Origin: Sulfurimonas sp.
GTDB lineage: Bacteria > Campylobacterota > Campylobacteria > Campylobacterales > Sulfurimonadaceae
NCBI GenBank assembly: GCA_027063505.1
Contig: JAMORO010000064.1
Location: 4,343 to 68,342 of the forward strand
Length of the DNA: 64,000 bases
Reading direction: 5' to 3'
Positions 31,956-40,480 of the stretch are shown piece after piece. Both the position numbers and the translations under genes were made by a program. How positions within the stretch are numbered: the first letter of the stretch is position 1; the number at the start of each line of letters is the position of its first letter. The notes under the pieces are model-generated. The model had not been told where the DNA came from, ran no database searches, and worked only from the letters and a program-made list of their open reading frames with translations.

Positions 31956-32706
31956 AGATAGCATAAAACTCTCTAAAAAAATCATGTCTAAGCTTGGTAA
32001 AACAAATGCCGCGTTTAAACTTATAGAAGAGGGTGATAAGATACTAGTGGGCTTGAGTGGTGGTAAAGATTCTCTCACTATGATTCATGCGATGAAAGAG
32101 CAGCAGCGGCGTGCTCCTTTTGAGTTCGAGTTTATTGCCGTAACTGTTGGTTATGGTATGGGTGAGAATTTTGATGCATTAGCTAAACATTGTGAAGAGA
32201 ATGGGATTAAACATCTTATTCGTGATACAAAAACATATGAACTTGCAAAAGAAAAGATTCGTAAGAACTCCTCTTTTTGCAGCTTTTTTTCACGAATGAG
32301 AAGAGGCTACCTCTACTCTGTAGCACAAGAGTTAGGGTGTAATAAAGTAGCCCTTGGGCATCATATGGATGATGCGGCTGAGAGCTTTTTTATGAACTTC
32401 ATCTACAATGGACAGCTGCGAAGTTTAGCACCTAAATATACAGCTGCAAATGGACTAGTAGTTATTCGTCCTTTAATTCAGATGCGAGAACGCCAACTTC
32501 GAGCATTTGTAGTTGATAATAATATAGAAGCCATAGGGGATGAAGCTTGTCCTGCCATGCGATTTGATGTTAAAATGCCACATGCAAGAGAGAATACAAA
32601 AAAGATGCTCTCTAAGATGGAACTAGAGTTTCCTCAACTTTTTACTTCCCTCAATGCAGCATTTAAAAATATTAGTGTAGATAGCTTTTTTATGCAAGAG
32701 GATTAA
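31948..32706 (+). CDS. ttcA: TtcA-family tRNA 2-thiocytidine biosynthesis PP-loop protein
   Basis: LSGGKDS, SRMRRG, ALGHHMDD, IRPL. TTG start. Confidence 0.85.
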   Translation: MSKDSIKLSKKIMSKLGKTNAAFKLIEEGDKILVGLSGGKDSLTMIHAMKEQQRRAPFEFEFIAVTVGYGMGENFDALAKHCEENGIKHLIRDTKTYELAKEKIRKNSSFCSFFSRMRRGYLYSVAQELGCNKVALGHHMDDAAESFFMNFIYNGQLRSLAPKYTAANGLVVIRPLIQMRERQLRAFVVDNNIEAIGDEACPAMRFDVKMPHARENTKKMLSKMELEFPQLFTSLNAAFKNISVDSFFMQED

Positions 32707-32714
32707 GAAGCTAT

Positions 32715-34565
32715 CTATTCGATAGCTTCAACTCTATTTCTTCCGTTCTCTTTCGCTTTATAGAGAGCTTCATCTGCTCGTGTCATCCATGTCTCTTGAT
32801 CATCATTCTTTCTAAATTCACTTATTCCAATACTACATGTAATCTGGCCAACTCCAGGAAAATCAACTTCAGAGATAATTTGTACTAGATTTTGTGCAAC
32901 TTTTTTTGCAGTCTCTATATTAGTAGAACAGAGTAGGAGAACAAACTCTTCTCCACCCCATCTAGCAAAGATATCATTTGTACGGATATTTTGAGAGATA
33001 GTCTGTGCAAATTTTATAAGAACATCATCACCCACTTGGTGTCCGTAGGTATCATTTACTTTTTTGAAGAAGTCAATATCTAACATTAAAAGAGAAGAGA
33101 GTTTATGGTTGTTTGTCGCTTCAAAGATACCTTTAGAAATCGACTGGTTGAAGTACTGTCGATTATATATATCTGTTAGATTATCATGATAAGCCATATA
33201 CTCATCTTTCTTTGATTTTTTAAAGAGTGTGGAAATATTTGAAAAGATAACAATAATAGTATTTGGTTGACTTGGAATAACTTTTGTTTTTACACTGAAG
33301 TAGTTTAGACCAAAACGTTTGTTCTTTATAGCAACTACACGCTTCTCTTCACTTAGTTGTGAGAGTTCATGTATCCACTCTATATTTCCATGTGAATCAG
33401 GTGCACTAAATGTTGCTTCATTCATCTCAAAAACATCACTTAGGTTTGTATGCTTTTTTAGTAATTCTTCTAGGTTAGGAAACTCTGTAAAAGAGAGGAG
33501 GGTATTGTTAGCAACGACAAGTTTTCCTTTTTCAAAGAGTGTAATAAGATTATTACTATTATCCATAATAACTTGCATTTGACCTCTTTTAATTGCCAGT
33601 TCCCCCTCCTCTTTGAGAAGAACATTTATAAGTTTCGTAAAGAGAATATAGATTAGAAAATAGACAAAGAGTAAGATACCAAAAGAGATAAGGAGTGACT
33701 TTATAGATGTCTCTTGATTCTCTTTTATATATTTGGTGACATCTGTTGCCATAAGTACCTGTGCAAAGTTTGGTTCAAAAGGTCTTTCTATATCAAACTG
33801 GTGAAAGAGATAATATTTCTCTTTATATTCAAGAACTTTATTATTATTTGCATACTCATAGATAAATTTTTGATCAATTTTTAAATCTGTAAATAGTTTT
33901 GAGTTTGCAGCAGTTGGAAGAGTTATTTTTCTCTCTCCAATACTTGAATCATCGTTGAAGTATAGAGCATACTTAAACCTTCCTGCTTTACTTATAATTT
34001 TAAAGAGATTATCTGCTTTAAGTCCAAACTCAATATATCCAATGATTTTTTTATGCTTTTTTATTGGGCTAATCATACTATAGTAGTAGACAGATTCATT
34101 GAGTAAAACATAACCCGTTATAAGTTTTTTTTGTTTCATACTCTCTTTGAGTACAAGGTTGTTTTTCGCATAAACTTTAGTTGATCGTACTCTTTTTTCT
34201 GAATTGTAAAGATATATACCTTTTTTGTCATAAACATTAAAGTGATCGAGATTTGGAGTGAATTTTTTATATGATTTATATAAGTTTCTGCTATAGATAC
34301 GTATATAGTTTAAGTCACGACTTTTAATAACATTTTTTAATTTACTGTTATTGTTAAGGTTTTTAAAGCGTCCTTTATAAAGTGCAACTTGTTTATGCTC
34401 GTACGTTCTTGTGAGCTTTGTAAGAATAAGAAGTTTTTCTATAGAGACATTATAGAGTACTTCTTCTTTCTCTTTGTAATTGGTAAAGTTTATAAAAAAG
34501 AAAAGGGCAAGTGTTAGAAGTATAATAAAAAATAAAATTCTATTACGAAGTTTTTTATAAATCAT
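32715..34565 (-). CDS. Membrane sensory diguanylate cyclase (TM, Cache-like, TM, PAS-like, GGDEF)
   Basis: Two hydrophobic spans; HDNLTDIYNR, DIDFFKKVND.YGH..GD, RxxD I-site (RTND), GGEEF. Confidence 0.9.
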   Translation of the reverse strand: MIYKKLRNRILFFIILLTLALFFFINFTNYKEKEEVLYNVSIEKLLILTKLTRTYEHKQVALYKGRFKNLNNNSKLKNVIKSRDLNYIRIYSRNLYKSYKKFTPNLDHFNVYDKKGIYLYNSEKRVRSTKVYAKNNLVLKESMKQKKLITGYVLLNESVYYYSMISPIKKHKKIIGYIEFGLKADNLFKIISKAGRFKYALYFNDDSSIGERKITLPTAANSKLFTDLKIDQKFIYEYANNNKVLEYKEKYYLFHQFDIERPFEPNFAQVLMATDVTKYIKENQETSIKSLLISFGILLFVYFLIYILFTKLINVLLKEEGELAIKRGQMQVIMDNSNNLITLFEKGKLVVANNTLLSFTEFPNLEELLKKHTNLSDVFEMNEATFSAPDSHGNIEWIHELSQLSEEKRVVAIKNKRFGLNYFSVKTKVIPSQPNTIIVIFSNISTLFKKSKKDEYMAYHDNLTDIYNRQYFNQSISKGIFEATNNHKLSSLLMLDIDFFKKVNDTYGHQVGDDVLIKFAQTISQNIRTNDIFARWGGEEFVLLLCSTNIETAKKVAQNLVQIISEVDFPGVGQITCSIGISEFRKNDDQETWMTRADEALYKAKENGRNRVEAIE

Positions 34566-34576
34566 CGAATGTACTT

Positions 34577-34987
34577 CTATTTGAATGATATATTTTCATA
34601 ATGATCATAAAGCCACTCTGCAACTGCTTGTTTTTCATCTTCAGAAAGCTTTCCTTTTAGTGATGGCATAGTACCAAATTTTTCAATTGCTCCTGTATTA
34701 CACATGCTGTTTTCTAAATTTGGATTTACAATATAGTCTTTAACAAAAAGTATAAATAAGTAACGATCTACATCATCTTCTTCATCAGTTGTTTTTATAT
34801 TTTCTTTAAGTCTTCCTGCAACTTCTACCATAGGAGGGGCTACAAGCTCATTAAAATGTTTTAGGGCATAACTTTTATCCATAACCTCTACATGACAAGT
34901 CTGACAGTTTTTTTTATAGACTTTATAACCATCAATAGCGAATAGAGATGAGGCAAGTAGTATAGATGATAGTAGTAGTTTTTTCAT
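34577..34987 (-). CDS. Periplasmic monoheme c-type cytochrome
   Basis: Signal peptide, CQTCH, candidate distal Met (APPM or GTMP). Confidence 0.9.
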   Translation of the reverse strand: MKKLLLSSILLASSLFAIDGYKVYKKNCQTCHVEVMDKSYALKHFNELVAPPMVEVAGRLKENIKTTDEEDDVDRYLFILFVKDYIVNPNLENSMCNTGAIEKFGTMPSLKGKLSEDEKQAVAEWLYDHYENISFK

Positions 34988-35151
34988 AGAGAATACCTTA
35001 TTATTAATTGTATGAATTATAACATATTTATATAAGTCTACTCTTGTACTTTAAATAAAATAAAATTGTAAAACTAATATTATGCTCTTTTCATAATAGA
35101 ATAATATTTACAATATAATTAAAGCAAATAAAAATTATAAGGAAATATATT

Positions 35152-35343
35152 ATGAGCGAACCGACATTAGAAGAGATTGGAGACTATGATACTTTAAAAG
35201 GTGAAAAGAAGAGTATTGTTTGGAGTGTAGTTATAGGAGGCCTTTTTCTGGGAGTTATCTATGTTGTTTCAAGTAGCTACTTCTCTGAAGTTGATGATAA
35301 AATTAAAACAGAAGATAGTATTAAATATATACCATTAAAGTAA
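35152..35343 (+). CDS. Small single-pass membrane protein
   Basis: 63 aa, AAGGA ribosome-binding site, one hydrophobic span. Confidence 0.7.
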   Translation: MSEPTLEEIGDYDTLKGEKKSIVWSVVIGGLFLGVIYVVSSSYFSEVDDKIKTEDSIKYIPLK

Positions 35344-35389
35344 TAATTTAATGTTAAAATAGCACTCTTAAAAAATATGAAGGTTTTCA

Positions 35390-36646
35390 ATGTTAATGAC
35401 AATAGTAGGAATTTATACATTTTATGTTCTTGTAAACATATATACGAGTGTTATGCAGATAGGGTATATAAATCAAGTAAAAAGAAAAGCACCTGTTCTT
35501 TTAGGTGCTACAGATTTTTTAAAAGCTGGAAATTATGCTGTGTCAAAAGAGAAACTTGCAATTGTGAGCTCTTTTTTTGATTATCTTGTTTTCATAGCAT
35601 GGATGGGTGTTGGCGTAAAAGCACTTCAAGAGAACATACATTTTGATAATAGTGTTCTCCTTAATATAGCTATTGTTATGGGCTTTGTTATAGTCAACTC
35701 ACTGCTCTCTTTACCATTTGGATATTATGAAAAATTTGTGCTAGATAAAGAGTTTGGATTTAATAAATCCTCTGTAGGACTCTGGATAAAAGATACTTTA
35801 ATCTCATTTGTAATGACACTTGTTTTTGGTTCTTTAGTTGTTTGGGGTATTTATGCAATTATTACAAACTTTACACTTTGGTGGCTATGGAGCTTTGTCT
35901 TTATATTTGCAGTGGTGATTATGATTAATATGCTTTATCCTGCTTTTCGTGCAATGTTTTTTGACAAATTAACACCGCTAGAGGATGAAACCCTCGATAG
36001 TGAGATAAAAATCCTTATGGATAAAACAGGTTTTGTGAGTAGTGGCGTTTTTGTAAGTGATGCAAGTAAACGTGACGCAAGACTCAATGCTTACTTTGGT
36101 GGTTTTGGAAAGGCTAAGCGAGTTGTTCTTTTTGACACATTAATTGAAAAACTGACAACAAAAGAGCTTTTAGCTGTTTTAGGCCATGAGCTTGGACATT
36201 TCGCTCATGGAGATATTTATAAAAATATTGCACTCGTTGGTGGCATGTTATTTGCAATGTTTGGGATATTTGGAAATTTACCAGAGTCTCTTTACTTAGA
36301 GATGGGTATAGCACAAGAACCTTATGTTCTGATGATTTTACTTATGCTATTTATGCCAGTGTTAGGGTTTGTTATGATGCCAATTATGGGTATAGTAAGT
36401 CGACATAATGAGTATGAAGCAGACAGAATGGGAAGTGAGCTTGGTGGTCCTGCAGGAGCGATAGAACTTGCAAATGCACTGCAAAAGTTAGTGACTGAAA
36501 ATAAAAGTTTTCCACTCTCTCACCCCTTATATATATTTTTTCACTATACACACCCCCCTGTTTTAGAGCGTTTAAAAGAGCTTGGTGTAGATATTAAAAA
36601 TGGTGACAGTAGTGCCTTAGAGGGAAAATGCGAAGCAAATATATAA
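35390..36646 (+). CDS. M48-family (Ste24/HtpX-like) membrane zinc protease
   Basis: NAYFGG, LGHELGH (HExxH), SRHNEYEAD, THPP..ERL. Confidence 0.93.
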   Translation: MLMTIVGIYTFYVLVNIYTSVMQIGYINQVKRKAPVLLGATDFLKAGNYAVSKEKLAIVSSFFDYLVFIAWMGVGVKALQENIHFDNSVLLNIAIVMGFVIVNSLLSLPFGYYEKFVLDKEFGFNKSSVGLWIKDTLISFVMTLVFGSLVVWGIYAIITNFTLWWLWSFVFIFAVVIMINMLYPAFRAMFFDKLTPLEDETLDSEIKILMDKTGFVSSGVFVSDASKRDARLNAYFGGFGKAKRVVLFDTLIEKLTTKELLAVLGHELGHFAHGDIYKNIALVGGMLFAMFGIFGNLPESLYLEMGIAQEPYVLMILLMLFMPVLGFVMMPIMGIVSRHNEYEADRMGSELGGPAGAIELANALQKLVTENKSFPLSHPLYIFFHYTHPPVLERLKELGVDIKNGDSSALEGKCEANI

Positions 36647-37461
36647 TAAAAGAACTTCTTAGGGAGATAACTACAAGGCTTAAAAATGCCAATATTGAAC
36701 GTGCTTCTCGTGAGGCACAGCTTCTTTTAATGGCGTTTCTTGATAAAGATGAGTTATGGCTAATCTCAAATCAATCAAGTGAAGTTGCTAATGAAGCAGA
36801 ACTTTTTACATGGGTTGCGCGTCGTGTTAAAAATGAACCTTTTGAGTATATAACAAATAGTGTAAGTTTTTATAGTGAAGAGTTTTTTATAAAAGAGGGA
36901 GCACTAATTCCTCGACCTGAAACAGAACTTTTGATTGATGAAGTCGTCAAAACTTTTCCAGATTTTCAAACAAAGTTTACTTTTGTAGAAGTTGGTGTTG
37001 GTAGTGGTATTATCTCAATTATTCTTGCACAAAAGTATAAAAATGCTAAGTTTATAGCAGTGGATATTTCTCAAGCAGCTTTAGAAATAGCAGCTGTTAA
37101 TATAAAAAAGTTTGATTTACAAGAGAGAATAGAGTTGCGATTGGGTTCTCTTCTTGATGAAGTCAGTGAGAAGATAGATTACCTAGTCTCTAATCCTCCT
37201 TATATAGAAGATGGTGTGTTATTAGAGTCGAATCTCTCTTATGAACCTCAAAATGCACTTTTTGGTGGTAAAGTTGGTGATGAGATTATTCAGCAACTTC
37301 TTGATGAAGTCTTAAAGCGAGAGATTAAGTTTTTTAGCTGTGAGATAGGTTATGACCAAGAAGATAAAATACGGAACTACTTAATAAATAAAACTTATAC
37401 AAGTTTAGAGTTTTATAAAGACTATAGTGATTTTGATAGAGGTTTTACCCTAAAGGTTTAA
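36628..37461 (+). CDS. prmC: Release factor glutamine methyltransferase
   Basis: EPFEYI, LIPRPETE, EVGVGSG, VSNPPY. Confidence 0.95.
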   Translation: MRSKYIIKELLREITTRLKNANIERASREAQLLLMAFLDKDELWLISNQSSEVANEAELFTWVARRVKNEPFEYITNSVSFYSEEFFIKEGALIPRPETELLIDEVVKTFPDFQTKFTFVEVGVGSGIISIILAQKYKNAKFIAVDISQAALEIAAVNIKKFDLQERIELRLGSLLDEVSEKIDYLVSNPPYIEDGVLLESNLSYEPQNALFGGKVGDEIIQQLLDEVLKREIKFFSCEIGYDQEDKIRNYLINKTYTSLEFYKDYSDFDRGFTLKV

Positions 37462-37463
37462 AG

Positions 37464-37943
37464 ATGAAAAGAAATATTTACATTGATTTTAGTTATTTCA
37501 TTGTTTTAGCAGCATCATTTGGTGCTGTATTAGTTTTAGGTGCTTTTGTTGCACCTGTAGTTTTCCATACAGATAAGATTTTAGTTGCAATGATTATAGA
37601 TAATTATAATGCAGGTATTATAATGGGAGAAATTTTTCATAGATTCTCTTACTGGATTTATTTTTTAGCACTGTTTGTTGCAGTGTATGAAGCTGCGAAG
37701 TATAAAACAGGTGAGCGGGATGCTGTGAGTTTTGCATCAGCAGTTACTGTCCTCTTTAGCGCTTTAATGTTTAGTAGTGTATATGCTCCAAAGATTCTTG
37801 CTATGCAGGCTATGGGGATAGAAGCGACACAAAGCGATACATTTTCTAATATACATATAGCAAGTGAAATTGATTTTAAGATTTTAGCAGTTGCACTTCT
37901 TGTTCTTTTTGTAAGAAGATTGATGCTTCTTCGTATCTCTTAA
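37464..37943 (+). CDS. Four-TM membrane protein (DUF4149-like)
   Basis: LGAFVAPVVF, AG.IMG.IF, F..IH..SE; four hydrophobic spans. Confidence 0.75.
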   Translation: MKRNIYIDFSYFIVLAASFGAVLVLGAFVAPVVFHTDKILVAMIIDNYNAGIIMGEIFHRFSYWIYFLALFVAVYEAAKYKTGERDAVSFASAVTVLFSALMFSSVYAPKILAMQAMGIEATQSDTFSNIHIASEIDFKILAVALLVLFVRRLMLLRIS

Positions 37944-37961
37944 CACTTTTTTAACACTTTT
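37940..37961 (+). promoter_or_regulatory. 11-bp tandem direct repeat (TTAACACTTTT x2), candidate OmpR/PhoB-type operator
   Basis: Exact copies at 37940-37950 and 37951-37961, followed by a TACCAT -10-like box at 37966-37971 and an AAGGA ribosome-binding site. Confidence 0.55.
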
Positions 37962-37999
37962 TTGTTACCATCTACTTACTAAATTATAAAGGAAAGTAG

Positions 38000-38659
38000 A
38001 TGACTTTTTTAAAACTTTTAACCCTCTTAACACTGACTTATAACCTCTATGCAACACCATCCATCTCTGATACTATAAAGGAGAAAAAAATTTACCCTAT
38101 GGGTGAAAAAATATATACTAAAAAATGCCCTACATTAACGATAGATAAGTATAAAAATTATGAACTTCTTCTTCATTCTATAAAAAAAGATGCCATCTGT
38201 ACAAAACTTAATGAAAAACATTCACAAGCATTAGCGATATATCTTTGGGATAAAAAAAGAACACACCATAAAGAGTATAAAAAACTAACAGTTACAAAAG
38301 ATGAGAAATGCCAAGTCTGTGGTATGTATCTTCACTACTACCCAACATGGGTATCTCAAATAAACTATCCAAATAATGAAACATATAAGTTTGATGGTAT
38401 TAAAGATATGATGAAGTTCTATTTTAATAACAAAGAGGGAATAGTAGATATATTAGTACAGGATTACTACTCTCTTAAAACTTTAAATGCACGAGAGGCA
38501 TTTTTTGTTATAGGTAGTGATGTTACAGGACCAATGGGCTATGAGCTTATAGCCTTTAGTGATAAGAAAAAAGCTATGAGTTTCTCTTTAGAGCATAAGG
38601 GGAAAAAAGTACTCAGTTTTGATAAAGTGACTGAGTATATGGTTAGAAGTCTTGACTAA
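38000..38659 (+). CDS. NosL-family exported metal-binding protein with an N-terminal extra domain
   Basis: CQVCGM, FDGIKDM, FFVIGSDVTGPMGYELIAF; signal peptide. Confidence 0.88.
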   Translation: MTFLKLLTLLTLTYNLYATPSISDTIKEKKIYPMGEKIYTKKCPTLTIDKYKNYELLLHSIKKDAICTKLNEKHSQALAIYLWDKKRTHHKEYKKLTVTKDEKCQVCGMYLHYYPTWVSQINYPNNETYKFDGIKDMMKFYFNNKEGIVDILVQDYYSLKTLNAREAFFVIGSDVTGPMGYELIAFSDKKKAMSFSLEHKGKKVLSFDKVTEYMVRSLD

Positions 38660-39827
38660 GGGATTTAATTTTTATCTACTAGAGTATACATTTAAACATA
38701 TAATCCGAAATGGATTTAAAAACCTATTTTTAACTGTAGTCATGACACTTCTTGTCGCTCTTTTAGCTAGTACATTTTTTCTCTCAAATGCGCTCAAACT
38801 AGAGTATACGAAAAAAATACAGAACACTCCCGATATAATTATTACAGATACAAAAGCGATGAGAGAGACTTTAATAGATGAAAATCTTGTTTCTGACCTT
38901 CTCTCCATAAATGGTGTTAGTTTAGCACTGCCAAGGGTTTATGGGGCTTACTACTTCTCTAAGGCTGATACTATTTTTAAAGTTATAGGTGTTGATGAGT
39001 TTGAGACATATCCAGATAAGAGTTTAAATGCACTTCTTTTAAAAAACACTTTAGATGAAAATTCTATGCTTGTTAGCAAGAGTGTTGCTAAGATACTTAA
39101 AGAGAACTATTACGACAGTTATTTTAATTTTGTAAACGCTGATGGAACACTTAAAAAGGTGATAATTGATAAGACTTTTGAGAGTAAAAATAGTTTTAGA
39201 GAGGAGTATCTTATAGTAATGCCTAAGTGCACTGCAAAAGAGATTTTTTCCTACCCTTCATCAATGGTAACAGATATTGCAGTTATGGTTGCTAACGGTG
39301 AAGAGATAGGTTTTATTGCAAAAAAGATAGAGACACTTCTACCAAATGCTAAAGTAAATATAAAAGAAGACCTTTTAGTAGAATATGAGAATCGTATTAA
39401 TTTTAAGAGTGGCTTTTTTCTTACTATATTTATTATCAGTTTTTTTACCTATTTTGTCATAATCTACGACAAAATAAGTGGTTTAAGTAGTGAAGAAAAA
39501 CGAGAAGTAGGGATACTTAAAGCTATAGGTTGGAGAGTAAGTGATATTTTAAATGCAAAACTTTATGAGGGACTTATTATCTCTTTGAGTGCTTATGTAA
39601 TTGGTATTATTATTGCATTTATATATGTTTATATATTAGGTGCACCACTTTTAAAGAGTATATTTCTAAATGCCATTTCACTCTTAGATGATTGTGAGTT
39701 ACTCTTTCGTGTAGATTATGAGACTTTAGCACTTCTTTTCTTCTTAAGTGTACCGCTCTATATTGCTGCAACTATTATTCCCTCTTGGAGTGTAGCAACA
39801 CATGAGGCTGATGAGGTAATGCGATGA
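38652..39827 (+). CDS. FtsX/MacB/LolC-type ABC permease
   Basis: One N-terminal TM, large periplasmic loop, three C-terminal TMs; EKREVGILKAIGW. Confidence 0.88.
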   Translation: MTKGFNFYLLEYTFKHIIRNGFKNLFLTVVMTLLVALLASTFFLSNALKLEYTKKIQNTPDIIITDTKAMRETLIDENLVSDLLSINGVSLALPRVYGAYYFSKADTIFKVIGVDEFETYPDKSLNALLLKNTLDENSMLVSKSVAKILKENYYDSYFNFVNADGTLKKVIIDKTFESKNSFREEYLIVMPKCTAKEIFSYPSSMVTDIAVMVANGEEIGFIAKKIETLLPNAKVNIKEDLLVEYENRINFKSGFFLTIFIISFFTYFVIIYDKISGLSSEEKREVGILKAIGWRVSDILNAKLYEGLIISLSAYVIGIIIAFIYVYILGAPLLKSIFLNAISLLDDCELLFRVDYETLALLFFLSVPLYIAATIIPSWSVATHEADEVMR

Positions 39828-40480
39828 TAGAGTTACAAAGTGTAAGAAAAGAGTACAAGGGTGGTATTGTTGCATTAGATGGTGTTGATTTAAAGCTATT
39901 AGAAGGTGAACTTGTTGTTCTTCGTGGAGTAAGTGGAAGTGGTAAGAGCAGTATACTCTCTCTTATTGCTGGACTCTCAAAACCAACAACAGGTGAAGTT
40001 ATCGTAGATAAGAAACGTATTTCAAAACTAGCAGATCACTTCTCTACACTCTATAGAAGAGAGAATATTGGTTTTATATTTCAAAAGTATAATCTTATTC
40101 CAACATTAAGTGTTCAAGAAAACATTTTACTCCCTCTTGTACCACAAAACCTTCCAAAAAAGGAGTTAGAGTCTCGCCTACAGAGAGAGTTAATTAACTT
40201 TAATATAGAGAGTAAAAGAGATGTTATGGTGAGAAATCTCTCTGGAGGCGAACAGCAACGATGTGCAATAGCCCGTGCAAATATTAATAATCCCAAAATA
40301 ATCTTAGCAGATGAACCAACTGCTAATTTAGATGAAAAACTCTCTTTAGAGTTTATTAAACTTATAAAGGAGATGAAGTCGCAGAGTCGTACTATAGTAA
40401 TAGCGACACATGATCCTCTTTTCTTTGATTTAGCATGTGTTGATAGGGTTATAACCGTAAAAAATGGAAAACTCCTTTAG
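39824..40480 (+). CDS. LolD/MacB-type ABC ATP-binding protein
   Basis: GVSGSGKS, GFIFQ, LSGGEQQR, LADEPTANLD, IATHD. Confidence 0.93.
   Translation: MIELQSVRKEYKGGIVALDGVDLKLLEGELVVLRGVSGSGKSSILSLIAGLSKPTTGEVIVDKKRISKLADHFSTLYRRENIGFIFQKYNLIPTLSVQENILLPLVPQNLPKKELESRLQRELINFNIESKRDVMVRNLSGGEQQRCAIARANINNPKIILADEPTANLDEKLSLEFIKLIKEMKSQSRTIVIATHDPLFFDLACVDRVITVKNGKLL

Noticed and set aside
35078-35098. TATTATG-N7-CATAATA inverted repeat in the cytochrome c divergent promoter region
   Set aside because: Only 7-bp, nearly all-AT arms in an extremely AT-rich gap; expected by chance.
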